Origin: Halarcobacter sp.
GTDB lineage: Bacteria; Campylobacterota; Campylobacteria; Campylobacterales; Arcobacteraceae
DNA length: 64,000 nucleotides
Direction: 5' to 3'
Assembly (NCBI GenBank): GCA_963676565.1
Contig: OY781089.1
Location: forward strand, 1,312,001 to 1,376,000
The position numbers and the translations under genes were made by a program. Shown in pieces: positions 1-9,627 of this stretch (within the stretch, counting starts at the first letter, position 1; each line of letters opens with the position of its first letter). The notes below the pieces were generated by a model. It did no database searches, was not told the DNA's origin, and saw only the letters and a program-made list of their open reading frames with translations.

Positions 1-1152
1 CTTAGTGAAGAGGATACTTATTTACTAGTTATTGATAATTTTAAAGAAAAAATTATAGAGGGTCTTTCTAATAGTCCTTTTTTATTCCCGACAAGAGTTT
101 TTTCTGCAAATGATATATCTATAGTAAGTTGTATGTCAGATGGGAATCAGAACTCATTATTAAAAGCTTATGTGAATTGTTTAAGAGGAAATCATAATAA
201 TTATTTTACAGATTCTCCCTTAGATAATAACAATAAAGAAGTTCTAACAATACCATATAAGAAATTTAGTAAGAGCGACAATATAAATATTGCAATTACT
301 AATTTTAAAGTGGATGAAAGCTTTTGGAAAAAATCAGTCATAAAAAAACCTGTTAAAAGTTTATCTAGATATTTACAATTAGAGAGAATTATAAAAGATG
401 CAGTTAAAAAGAAACCTGACTATTTAATACTTCCAGAGTTATCTATACCACAAGAGTGGGCTTGGAGAATATCTAAAAAATTACTATCTAATGGCATATC
501 TTTGATTACAGGGGTAGAATATATTCACTCAGAAGTAAATTCTCAGAAATATGTTCATAATCCAATAATGATGTTCTTAATTTCAGATGATATTGGATTT
601 AAGTATATGAAATATTTTAGACAAGACAAACAAGTTGGTGCACATGGAGAATCATTTGAATTAAAAAAGATTGCAAATATTGAACTTATTGCAGATAAGC
701 TATATAAAAAGAAATATATTTATTCTCATGGTGATTTTTTCTTCTCATGTTTAATTTGTAATGAGTTAACAGATATTGAAAATAGAATGAGACTTAGAGG
801 TAATATTGATACTCTATTTATAGTAGAATGGAACAAAGATATAAAATCTTTTAATTCATTAGTAGAGTCGGCTTCATTAGATATTCATTCGTATATAGTA
901 CAAGTTAATAATAGAAAATATGGAGATAGTAGAATAAGAGCACCTTTTAAAGATGATTTTAAAAGAGATATTGTACAAGTCAAGGGTGGAAAGCATGACT
1001 ATCTAATAGTTGGTGAAATAAATGTTAATAGTTTAAGAAATTTTCAATCACACAATATTTCACCATCAGTACCTTTTAAGCCTGTTCCTACAGGGTTTAA
1101 AATGTTAAAAGCTAGAAAAAAATGGGAAAATGAAATAAAAGAAGATTTATAA
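1..1152 (+). CDS. 5'-truncated ORF: C-terminal carbon-nitrogen hydrolase (nitrilase) domain, probably of an RT-nitrilase fusion (UG1/DRT1-like defence protein)
   Basis: Frame 1 is open from base 1 (LSEEDTYLL...FLFPTRVFS...), so the track's M at 133 is internal. Nitrilase triad-like motifs PELSIP (E), QDK (K), LICNE (C). C-terminal EWNKD..F..LVE..LDIH...NNRKYGDSRIRAP...KGG...FKPVP block, which I recall from RT-nitrilase proteins. The RT domain lies outside the window. Confidence 0.7.
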   Translation, partial: LSEEDTYLLVIDNFKEKIIEGLSNSPFLFPTRVFSANDISIVSCMSDGNQNSLLKAYVNCLRGNHNNYFTDSPLDNNNKEVLTIPYKKFSKSDNINIAITNFKVDESFWKKSVIKKPVKSLSRYLQLERIIKDAVKKKPDYLILPELSIPQEWAWRISKKLLSNGISLITGVEYIHSEVNSQKYVHNPIMMFLISDDIGFKYMKYFRQDKQVGAHGESFELKKIANIELIADKLYKKKYIYSHGDFFFSCLICNELTDIENRMRLRGNIDTLFIVEWNKDIKSFNSLVESASLDIHSYIVQVNNRKYGDSRIRAPFKDDFKRDIVQVKGGKHDYLIVGEINVNSLRNFQSHNISPSVPFKPVPTGFKMLKARKKWENEIKEDL

Positions 1153-1190
1153 GACTATTTATATTTTCAAGTAAATCTTGGAATATTCAT

Positions 1191-1314
1191 ATTATACCTT
1201 TATTGTAAAAAATATCATAAGATGGTTCATGATGGAACAATAAATGTAAATGGTTTTGTTGCAACTTCGACTGGATTAGAATTACATTATACAATGGTGG
1301 ATGAAGATAAATAG
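1191..1314 (+). pseudogene. Frameshifted remnant of an HNH-type C-terminus (MutS7/MutS-HNH-like)
   Basis: Reads IIPL(+1 nt)CKKYHKMVHDGTINVNGFVATSTGLELHYTMVDEDK*, resembling the HNH tail xLxPLCxxHHxxxH. No start codon or upstream domain. Confidence 0.5.
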
Positions 1315-1398
1315 AATAATATTTCTACAAAAAATTTAAAAAAATCATCTTTTTAATGTTAAAATACATAAAATATTTGTAGATTAAAAGGCTATTTT

Positions 1399-1791
1399 GT
1401 GAATGAACAAATAAAACATTATGAAGATAAATTAAAATATGAAATTGATTCATATGACCTATCAGTGCTTTTAGAAAAAAAAGAAAAAGTTATTGTAATA
1501 GATGCAAGGGCGACTGAAGTTTATAATCAATCACATATTCCAACTGCTATTAGTTTTCCCCACAGAACTATGAATGAAGAAACAACAAAAGATTTAGATA
1601 AATCATTTTTATATGTAACCTATTGTGATGGCATAGGATGCAATGCTTCAACAAAAGGAGCATTAAACATGGCAAAGCTAGGGTTCAATGTAAAAGAGCT
1701 TCTAGGTGGTTTAGATTGGTGGAAAAGGGATGGTTATGAAACCTTAGGAACAAAAGGAACTGCGAAACAAAATATTCAGTGTGGATGCTAA
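1399..1791 (+). CDS. Rhodanese-like domain protein
   Basis: IDAR...HIP.A, YCDGIGCNAS active loop, LLGGLDWW. Confidence 0.85.
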   Translation: MNEQIKHYEDKLKYEIDSYDLSVLLEKKEKVIVIDARATEVYNQSHIPTAISFPHRTMNEETTKDLDKSFLYVTYCDGIGCNASTKGALNMAKLGFNVKELLGGLDWWKRDGYETLGTKGTAKQNIQCGC

Positions 1792-1814
1792 TTAGTTTTA
1801 ATCTAATTAACATC

Positions 1815-3137
1815 CTACTCTGAAGTTACATCAGGTAGTTTTGATGCCATAAAAACTCCAGCTAATCCTACAATTGCTAGTAGTAAAATAATTCCATTTA
1901 GACCAATAATTGAACTTAAAATACCAATAAATCCACTAAATAGTAAAATAAAACCAATAACAGTATTTGAAACAGCTACATAATCTGTTCTTTTATTTCC
2001 CCCTGCAAGGTCAACTAAATAGGTTTTTCTTCCTATTCTAATACCTTGATATCCAATAGTTAAAATAAAATAGATTAAGGGCATTAACCAAATAGTTGCA
2101 AAAATATTTTCAAAAAAAGTGTCTAAAAAGAATACTAGAAATCCTAAAATAGAAGCAATAGTTGCCCCAATAATCATAGAGTTTTTACTTGATTTATCTG
2201 ATAGTTTTCCCCAAATAATTGAAGAAGAAAAATCAGCTAATCCTCCTGCAAGTATAAAAAGGCCAAGTAAGTAGTTATTTGATTCACTTTGTTGTTGGGC
2301 TAAAATTACAAAAAATGGAGCAGATAAAACAGAGCATAAAAAAAGTGCCCTTGATATTACAAAATTTCTAAAATCTTTATCTGTTTTAAGTAATTTTACT
2401 TTTTTTAGTGCAACACTAATTGCATTTCCTCCACCATCAGTTTCCCCTTCAAACTCATTTATTCTTGAATATATCAGCCCTGCTATTATCCAAAAAGCAC
2501 CAGCAGAAAATAAAATTATTCCAAAGTTTTGAGGCGAAAAAGGCTTTTCTCCAACTATTAAAAAATAGATTCCAAGACCTATTATTAAAAGTCCAGCTAA
2601 ACTTCCAGAGTATCCATTTAATACCCCTCGTCTAGTTTTAGGAATAGTTTTTCCTAAGACATCCTTTGCGGCAACTGAGCTAAGACCCCTTGCAAGTGAA
2701 AAAACAATAATTAATGCAATGATTGCAATTCCTGCATTAAGTCCTGTCATATTCCAAGCAACAATTCCAATTCCTATCATAGAAAGCGCTTGTAAAAAAG
2801 CACCACTCACCCAAACATATTTTCTAATAGGCATTTTTCTAACATAAGCAGCAATTAAAAGTTGAGGTAGAAGTGAACCTGATTCTCTAATAGGAACAAG
2901 GAAACTTATTAAAAAAAGAGGTACTGAAATTGATTCCATAATCCAAGGTATAATAACCTTCGTATTTGCAACTGAGTCTGCTAATTTATTAAAAAAGTAG
3001 CTAATTATTGTAAGAAAAAAGTTTCCAGGAACTACTTTACAAGCACTTTCATCAATTGCTTTACAAACTCTAGCATCTTCTTCATTCATCAGTTTTTCAT
3101 AAACTGATTCAGTTTTTTTTCTAATTCTTTCTTTCAT
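1815..3137 (-). CDS. MFS transporter
   Basis: About 12 hydrophobic segments; WGKLSDK MFS loop motif. Confidence 0.8.
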   Translation of the reverse strand: MKERIRKKTESVYEKLMNEEDARVCKAIDESACKVVPGNFFLTIISYFFNKLADSVANTKVIIPWIMESISVPLFLISFLVPIRESGSLLPQLLIAAYVRKMPIRKYVWVSGAFLQALSMIGIGIVAWNMTGLNAGIAIIALIIVFSLARGLSSVAAKDVLGKTIPKTRRGVLNGYSGSLAGLLIIGLGIYFLIVGEKPFSPQNFGIILFSAGAFWIIAGLIYSRINEFEGETDGGGNAISVALKKVKLLKTDKDFRNFVISRALFLCSVLSAPFFVILAQQQSESNNYLLGLFILAGGLADFSSSIIWGKLSDKSSKNSMIIGATIASILGFLVFFLDTFFENIFATIWLMPLIYFILTIGYQGIRIGRKTYLVDLAGGNKRTDYVAVSNTVIGFILLFSGFIGILSSIIGLNGIILLLAIVGLAGVFMASKLPDVTSE

Positions 3138-3306
3138 CTTTTTTATTTTCTTCTTTTCTTCGTTTTTTTTCTTTTAAAATATTTCTAGTCATTAGTAATA
3201 AAAAAAGTAGGGCAATTGAGATATTTATATAAAAGCCTAACATATTGTTTTCTATAAAAAACATATATGCAAGGCTAGAAAAGATTAGTGAGATTATTAA
3301 GCACAT
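3121..3306 (-). CDS. Small membrane protein, hypothetical
   Basis: Two hydrophobic segments plus basic tail; fills the gap between hisA and the MFS gene and overlaps the MFS start. Confidence 0.5.
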   Translation of the reverse strand: MCLIISLIFSSLAYMFFIENNMLGFYINISIALLFLLLMTRNILKEKKRRKEENKKDERKN

Positions 3307-3322
3307 AAAGTATATGTGCCTA

Positions 3323-4036
3323 TTAGTTTTCTAAAACTTTAAACCCTTCTTCTAAGTCTAAAGTTCCTTCGTAAAATGCTTTACCAACAATTACTCCAGC
3401 AATATTTCCATTGGCTTTACAAGAAGTTATATCGTTAATATCTTTTACTCCACCGCTTGCAATTGTATCAACACCACTAGCAAGGGCAATTGATTCAGTA
3501 AATTCTACATTTACACCACAAAGCATCCCATCTTTTGAAATATCAGTACAAATAATTGCCTCAACGCCAGCATTTGCAAACTCTTTGGCTAAATCAGTTG
3601 CCCTCATTGTTGAAACTTCAGCCCAACCTTCAACTGCAACCATTCCATCCATAGCATCGATTCCAACAGCAATTGGATATTTTGAAGCCATATCTTTTAC
3701 AAATTGTGGATCTTTTACTGCAATTGAACCTAAGATAAGTCTGTCAATTCCTAGTTCAACATACATTTTGATAGTTTCTTCATCTCTAATTCCACCACCA
3801 ACTTCAATATTTAGATTACAGTTTTCTTTGATTTTTTTGATTTGTTCTAAGTTTGCTGGTTCCCCTGCAAATGCTCCATTTAAATCAACTACATGAACCC
3901 ACTTAGATCCTAACTCTTCAAATCTTTTTGCTACTTGCCATGGCTCATCTGAATAGATTTTTGCACTATCCATAAGTCCTTTACTTAATCTTACAGCTTT
4001 TCCATCTTTTAGGTCGATTGCTGGTAAAATATCCAT
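3323..4036 (-). CDS. hisA: ProFAR isomerase
   Basis: [38 protein letters not shown]. Confidence 0.97.
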   Translation of the reverse strand: MDILPAIDLKDGKAVRLSKGLMDSAKIYSDEPWQVAKRFEELGSKWVHVVDLNGAFAGEPANLEQIKKIKENCNLNIEVGGGIRDEETIKMYVELGIDRLILGSIAVKDPQFVKDMASKYPIAVGIDAMDGMVAVEGWAEVSTMRATDLAKEFANAGVEAIICTDISKDGMLCGVNVEFTESIALASGVDTIASGGVKDINDITSCKANGNIAGVIVGKAFYEGTLDLEEGFKVLEN

Positions 4037-4048
4037 TATTATATTTCC

Positions 4049-4663
4049 TTAATGTGTTAAATTTATAAAGTTTTTTAATATTTTGAGCCCATTGTCATGT
4101 GATTTTTCAGGGTGTGGTTGAAAACCATAAATATTTTCTTTATGTACAGCACTTACAAACTCATATCCATATTCAGTTGTTCCTATAACATTTTTTTTAT
4201 CTGTTACTGCATGGTAAGAGTGTACAAAATATAAATAAGGGTCTTTTAAGCCTTCAAATAAAGTATGCTCATCTTGTGTTTTTATTACATTCCATCCCAT
4301 ATGAGGGATTTTAGTATCTTCATGCATTTTAGATTTATCAAATTTTATAATATTTCCATCTATTAGCCCAAGACCTTCATGATTTCCAAATTCCTCAGAG
4401 CTTTCAAAAAGTAATTGCATACCTAAGCAAATACCAATCATTGGTTTACCTGTCTTAGCAAATTCATAAATAGCTTCTTTCATCCCTGTTTTATTTAAGT
4501 GTTCCATCGCATCACCAAATGCCCCAACACCAGGTAAAATAACCCTGTCAAAGTTTTTTAAATCTTCTGGGTTTTTTACAAATGAAGCTTTAGTATCAAG
4601 TAAACTACAGGCATTGTATACACTTGCTAAATTCCCCATATTATAATCGATAATTCCAATCAC
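4049..4663 (-). CDS. hisH: Imidazole glycerol phosphate synthase, glutaminase subunit
   Basis: IDYNMGNL, LPGVGAF, GICLGMQ, PHMGWN, YFVHSY, QPHPEKS; GTG start. Confidence 0.97.
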   Translation of the reverse strand: MIGIIDYNMGNLASVYNACSLLDTKASFVKNPEDLKNFDRVILPGVGAFGDAMEHLNKTGMKEAIYEFAKTGKPMIGICLGMQLLFESSEEFGNHEGLGLIDGNIIKFDKSKMHEDTKIPHMGWNVIKTQDEHTLFEGLKDPYLYFVHSYHAVTDKKNVIGTTEYGYEFVSAVHKENIYGFQPHPEKSHDNGLKILKNFINLTH

Positions 4664-4793
4664 ATATAATCCTTTATTAAAAAGAAGATATTATACAAAA
4701 AAATTTCATTGCATAGAGTTAAAAGAAGATTTAAATTCTTTTTTGAGCTTTAATATAATTTTTTATATAATTTTATTTGAAAGGAATAAAAAT

Positions 4794-5225
4794 ATGTATA
4801 TATCTTTTAAAAGATATTTTTTAATATGCTTTATTGTTGTATTTACAGGATGTAGCTATCAACAGATTGATAAAAAAACAATAGTTTCTCCCAAAGTAGT
4901 AGATAAAAAGCCTAAATATAAGTTTTGTCATAATCATATAGAAATTATGAGACATGCTTCAACTTATATTTTTAATGAGTTTGAAAAAGGGTATTTTGCT
5001 CAAGAGGATGATATTGGTGCGAAGGCACAAGTTTTTTTGATTGAAAATAGATCTCCTACACCATTTTCTAAAAACATCAATGCTGCGCTGGATTCTTATA
5101 AGAAACAGTACAATTTAGCAAAAAAATATAAATGTGATTTAAACGATTTTGGAATAAACCCACTTGATAAAATCAAAGATAGAATTAAAACTATTGAAGC
5201 AAAGAAAGAAAAGGATAATAAATGA
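4794..5225 (+). CDS. Hypothetical lipoprotein
   Basis: ATG at 4794 after an AAGGA SD; lipobox FTGC. Confidence 0.65.
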   Translation: MYISFKRYFLICFIVVFTGCSYQQIDKKTIVSPKVVDKKPKYKFCHNHIEIMRHASTYIFNEFEKGYFAQEDDIGAKAQVFLIENRSPTPFSKNINAALDSYKKQYNLAKKYKCDLNDFGINPLDKIKDRIKTIEAKKEKDNK

Positions 5226-5476
5226 ATCCTTTAAAAATTTTTGCTTTTATAGTTTTTTTAGTTACTGTATCATTTGGAGAAGTTAAAGAGGTAGATAAAC
5301 TATTTGAAAAGGTTAATCATGCGTCTGATCCAAAAGAGAAAAAACAATTAATTGAAGAACTTAAAAAAAAGTTAGCTCAAGAAAATATCAAAAAACGTGA
5401 AGAGGCTGATGCTATTTTAAAAGCAAAAGAAAAGCTACCTAATAAACCCTATAAAGATATCTCTTTATCTAAATAA
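5222..5476 (+). CDS. Small secreted helical protein
   Basis: Signal peptide, charged helical mature part; SD AAGGA; overlaps the upstream stop. Confidence 0.65.
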   Translation: MNPLKIFAFIVFLVTVSFGEVKEVDKLFEKVNHASDPKEKKQLIEELKKKLAQENIKKREEADAILKAKEKLPNKPYKDISLSK

Positions 5477-5485
5477 AGAAGCATT

Positions 5486-6130
5486 ATGAATAAAAAAATT
5501 AAAATTTTACTTTTAGAAGATGATACTATCTTAGCTCAAACAATGGTTCAAATTTTAGAGCAAGAGAACTATGATATTACCCTTGCAATTGATGGAGAAG
5601 AAGTTCTTGAATATACATATGAAAATAGATTTGATTTATATCTATTTGATATAAATGTACCATTGTTAAATGGAAAGGATGTCTTAAATTTATTAAGAGA
5701 AGCTGAGGATAACACACCAACTTTTTTTATTACAGCTTTAAGAGATACTAGATCAGTTTTGGATGGATTTAATTGTGGCTGTGATGATTATATTAAAAAG
5801 CCATTTGATATTGATGAATTATTAGCAAGAGTAAAAGCTACTTTAAAAAGAAAAAATCCAACACTTACATATAAAGATATAAGTTTTGATTTACTTGAGA
5901 ATAGAGTTTTAAAAGCAAATGAAGAGGTTCCTTTGGGAAACGTTGAAAAAGATATCTTTTCTTTACTTATAAGAAATATTGGTATGACAGTTAGTAAATC
6001 TTCTTTTTTTGATTATATGAATAAACCTAGTGAACCAGGACTTCGAGTTTTGATTAGTAAGTTAAAAAAAGTTTTAGAAATAGAGATTACAAATACAAAA
6101 GGTATAGGATATAAACTTGAAAAATTATGA
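5486..6130 (+). CDS. OmpR-family response regulator
   Basis: LLEDD, FDINVP, KPF, winged-helix C-terminus GIGYK. Confidence 0.92.
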   Translation: MNKKIKILLLEDDTILAQTMVQILEQENYDITLAIDGEEVLEYTYENRFDLYLFDINVPLLNGKDVLNLLREAEDNTPTFFITALRDTRSVLDGFNCGCDDYIKKPFDIDELLARVKATLKRKNPTLTYKDISFDLLENRVLKANEEVPLGNVEKDIFSLLIRNIGMTVSKSSFFDYMNKPSEPGLRVLISKLKKVLEIEITNTKGIGYKLEKL

Positions 6131-7148
6131 AAAAAAGTCTTTTTTTACCTCAGTTTATCTTTTCTTTATACCTTTAATGGTTTTTTCAAGTATTGTTTTA
6201 TACATGTATCATCAAGATAAGGTCAAAGATTTGAATCAAACAATTCTTTATCAAATGAAAGATTATACTTTTGATTTTAAAGGGGATACTTTTTCTTTAG
6301 ATATTGTTGAAGATAAAAAAGAGAAAGAGACTTTCAAAACATATTTTTGTGAAGAAGGACTTTGTGCATATTTTAAAACAAGCACTTCAGGACCATATCT
6401 TCTAAAAGTGATTTTTGATAAGCAAAAGTATAATGTTCTTTACAATGAGTTATTGCTTAGGATATTAAAATTTGCAATTATAGTATTTATCTTATTGTTT
6501 CTTCTATCTGTTGGTTTTGCAATGTACTCTTTAAGACCTATGAAAGAAGCTTTAACTTTATTGGAAACCTTTTTAAAAGATTTAATTCATGATTTAAATA
6601 CTCCTGCCACATCAATTTTATTAAATTCGAAACTTTTAAGAAGACGTGGAGATTTTGAAGAGATTGATAGAATAGAACTTAGTGCAAAAAGCATTGCTTC
6701 TTTATATAAAAACTTAGAATTTATTAATCCTAATAATATCACAACAGATGAAAAAGTTGATGTTTCAGAGTTAGTGAATAATAAAATAGAAATATTAAAA
6801 AAAATATATCCTAATATTAAATTTATTAACAACATAAAAAGTTTTGTTGTAGATAGCAATAAAAATGGACTTGATAGAATAATTGATAATTTATTAACAA
6901 ATGCATGTAAATACAATAAAAAAAATGGAGAAATAATTATCACAATAAAAGATAAAAAACTTATTATTGAAGATACAGGTATTGGAATTAAAAATACTAA
7001 AAAAGTTTTTGAAAGATATTATAAAGAAAACGATCGTGGATTAGGTTTAGGTTTGAGTATTGTAAAACAATTGTGTGATATTTTAAATATAAATATTTTT
7101 ATAAAAAGTGAACTTGGTAAGGGTACAAGTGTCGAATTAACTTTTTAA
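6117..7148 (+). CDS. Sensor histidine kinase
   Basis: 2 TM; HDLNTP H-box; NLLTNACKY, DTGIGI, GLGLGL. Confidence 0.92.
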   Translation: MKNYEKKSFFTSVYLFFIPLMVFSSIVLYMYHQDKVKDLNQTILYQMKDYTFDFKGDTFSLDIVEDKKEKETFKTYFCEEGLCAYFKTSTSGPYLLKVIFDKQKYNVLYNELLLRILKFAIIVFILLFLLSVGFAMYSLRPMKEALTLLETFLKDLIHDLNTPATSILLNSKLLRRRGDFEEIDRIELSAKSIASLYKNLEFINPNNITTDEKVDVSELVNNKIEILKKIYPNIKFINNIKSFVVDSNKNGLDRIIDNLLTNACKYNKKNGEIIITIKDKKLIIEDTGIGIKNTKKVFERYYKENDRGLGLGLSIVKQLCDILNINIFIKSELGKGTSVELTF

Positions 7149-7156
7149 AAAAAAGT

Positions 7157-7191
7157 ATACAGATTACCTATTTTGGTAATCTGTATTTTTT
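7157..7191. terminator. Probable bidirectional intrinsic terminator
   Basis: 12-bp stem ATACAGATTACC/GGTAATCTGTAT flanked by A and T runs, between convergent genes. Confidence 0.75.
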
Positions 7192-7232
7192 ATAGGGACT
7201 TAATTTTTTGTATAGGAAAGAGTGTTATGGGT

Positions 7233-7481
7233 TTAGTTGTTTTTTGTTGTTTCTACGGTTTTTAAGTTTTTGTTAACTAACTCATGTGCTTTTTTAAGAT
7301 TTTTTTTCTCAACTTGTCCAATCTCAATATCTAATTTGTCAAGCAATTTAGCTCTTTCTTCTTGATTAGTTGTATTGTTAATTTTCTCAACTAACATACT
7401 AATACCTTCTAGTCCAGTAGCTGCAAATACTGTAGTAGCAGTAACTATTAATAGTAATGCTAAATTCTTTTTTAAATTCAT
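7233..7481 (-). CDS. Small secreted helical protein (similar to 5222..5476)
   Basis: Signal peptide ending VFA; SD AGGAG; LVEKINN...EERAKLLDKL. Confidence 0.7.
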   Translation of the reverse strand: MNLKKNLALLLIVTATTVFAATGLEGISMLVEKINNTTNQEERAKLLDKLDIEIGQVEKKNLKKAHELVNKNLKTVETTKNN

Positions 7482-7515
7482 CTTTTTTTATCTCCTTTTA
7501 ATTTAGATGTATGGA

Positions 7516-7549
7516 ATTATATATTTACAGTGTTAGTTAAGTGTAAGTT
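7516..7549 (-). promoter_or_regulatory. -10 TATAAT with an upstream 11-bp-period direct repeat (OmpR-type box)
   Basis: GTGTTAGTT (7530) / GTGTAAGTT (7541); ATTATA at 7516-7521 reads TATAAT on the minus strand. Confidence 0.5.
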
Positions 7550-7568
7550 TATAAAAAAATCAAATTTT

Positions 7569-8150
7569 TTAGAGTTTTGCATCTGCTAAAGTAAGAGAAA
7601 ATAGAATTTTATTGTTTCTTTTTTCTAAAACTTTTTTTGCTTCTAATATGGTAGTTCCTGTTGTAATCATGTCGTCAACTAAGATTATATTTTTATTTGT
7701 AAGTTGTGTATTGAATTTTCTTTTATTTTTTTTTCTAAATTCTAGGTCATGACCTGCATATTTTACTATATTTGTTGCTATTAGTTTTGAATATAAAGGT
7801 TTGATAGCCTTTGATTTTAAATGACGTGAAAGAATTGCTGTTTGAGAAAAATCATGGCGTGTATGTTCATCTATACCTATTGAGTAAATCAATTCATCAA
7901 ATTCAAAATTTTGTGCAAATTTTTTAAATGAAAGTTTTGCCAAGATATTAAAAACTCTATCTCCATGGGAATAGTATTTTGAAGAGATTAAATCTTCGAT
8001 TTCACTAAATGAGTAAAATGAATAGTTGAAAAAATCTTTTTCAAGTTCTCTTTTATGAAAAGAGGGTGAAAGTAGATTTTCTTGACAAGATTTACAAATG
8101 ATTGATAAAGATAGGGTTTCACATAATAAACATTTCATAATAAAAAACAT
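7569..8150 (-). CDS. ComF family protein (Zn ribbon + PRTase); start may be 8138
   Basis: CxxC...CxxC; ILVDDMITTGTT. Confidence 0.85.
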   Translation of the reverse strand: MFFIMKCLLCETLSLSIICKSCQENLLSPSFHKRELEKDFFNYSFYSFSEIEDLISSKYYSHGDRVFNILAKLSFKKFAQNFEFDELIYSIGIDEHTRHDFSQTAILSRHLKSKAIKPLYSKLIATNIVKYAGHDLEFRKKNKRKFNTQLTNKNIILVDDMITTGTTILEAKKVLEKRNNKILFSLTLADAKL

Positions 8151-8229
8151 TATATCATCTTTTTAATTTTAGATGATACAATTTATTATATTTATGATAC
8201 TATCCAATAAAATTTTTTAAAGATAAAAA

Positions 8230-9558
8230 ATGCTTGATTCTAAACCTTTTATTTTATTTTTCAAATATGTAATCCCTTCTATGTTGGGTTTTTTAGCAAT
8301 ATCATCTGCAAGTATTATTGATGGATATTTTGTAGGTAATTATATTGGCTCAGTAAGTTTAGCGGCTATTACTGTTTCTTTCCCTTTATTTAATATTTTA
8401 TTTGGCTTTGCTTTGATGTTTGCAGTTGGAAGCTCAGTTATTACAGGTAAATTAATGGGGGAGGGGAATAAAGAAGAAGCTTCTAATGTTTTTTCAAAAG
8501 CTATATATGTTATTGTTGTACTTTCAATCTCTTTGAATTTGTTACTTTATCTAAATATAGACAATATCTTAGACTTAATAAATGTAAAAGATCAATTAAG
8601 AGTTGAGACTTTAAATTATCTTCCTATTATTCTAAAGTTTTTACCATTTTTGATGATAGGAATTACACTTGATTACTTTGTAAGAGTAGATGAAAACCCA
8701 AACTTATCTTTTCTAGCCTTACTTGTAAGCTCACTTATTAACATAGTTTTAGATTATATTTTTATAGTAAAATTTGATTGGGGTATAAATGGTGCTGCAT
8801 ATGCAACTGGTATTTCACAAGTTTTTATTTTACTAGTATTAATTCCCCATTTTTTTCTAAAAAAGACAACATTAAGACTAGTAAAACCAAGGGGAAGTTT
8901 TTTGAGTATGTTTAATGCTTTGAAAAATGGTTCTTCAGAATTTGTTAATGAATCTTCTGTAGGTATTACTATTTTGGTTTTTAACTATATTTTATTAAAA
9001 ACCTTTGGTCCTTTAGGAATTGCTTCTTTTACTATTATTGGATATTTTATAACTATTAGTATCATGACAAGTTTTGCTGTTTCTGATTCTTTGCAAGCTA
9101 TTATTAGTAAAAATTTCGGCGCACAATATTTTAATAGAATGAAAAGTTTTCTAAAATTAGGAGTAGTAAGTATTTTATGTGTAGAGATATTTTTAACACT
9201 GTTTGCAATAATCACACCAGAGTCATTGATAAATATATTTTTAAATGATAGTGATATAAAAACAAAGCAGATAACAATAGAGTTCATCTCTTATGTCTGG
9301 CCTGCTTTTATTTTTTCAGGATTGAATTTATTAGCAAGTGCATATTTAACATCAATACAAAAGCCACTTTATTCAGGACTAATAGCTATTATGAGAAGTT
9401 TAATCTTTCCAATAATATTTATTTTTATATTGCCTCTTATTTTTGGAAATATAGGAATATTTATAGCTTTATCATGTGCAGAGATATTAACTTTTATTTT
9501 TGCATTTAGATTTTTTATGCTAAATAGACCAAGTGTACTTTCTAGAGTTTCTAAATGA
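8230..9558 (+). CDS. MATE family efflux transporter
   Basis: IDGYFVG, NIVLDYIFI...GINGAAYAT; 12 TM. Confidence 0.9.
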   Translation: MLDSKPFILFFKYVIPSMLGFLAISSASIIDGYFVGNYIGSVSLAAITVSFPLFNILFGFALMFAVGSSVITGKLMGEGNKEEASNVFSKAIYVIVVLSISLNLLLYLNIDNILDLINVKDQLRVETLNYLPIILKFLPFLMIGITLDYFVRVDENPNLSFLALLVSSLINIVLDYIFIVKFDWGINGAAYATGISQVFILLVLIPHFFLKKTTLRLVKPRGSFLSMFNALKNGSSEFVNESSVGITILVFNYILLKTFGPLGIASFTIIGYFITISIMTSFAVSDSLQAIISKNFGAQYFNRMKSFLKLGVVSILCVEIFLTLFAIITPESLINIFLNDSDIKTKQITIEFISYVWPAFIFSGLNLLASAYLTSIQKPLYSGLIAIMRSLIFPIIFIFILPLIFGNIGIFIALSCAEILTFIFAFRFFMLNRPSVLSRVSK

Positions 9559-9627
9559 AACTTGAAATATTAATTTAGGAAATAATGACTTAAAAAGATA
9601 GTTTTAATGTAGAAGATGTGCTGAAGA

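Noticed and set aside
1399..1791. Rhodanese gene as a partner of the RT-nitrilase system
   Set aside because: It is separated by the MutS7-like remnant and has its own -10-like TAAAAT (~1360); nothing in the sequence links the two.
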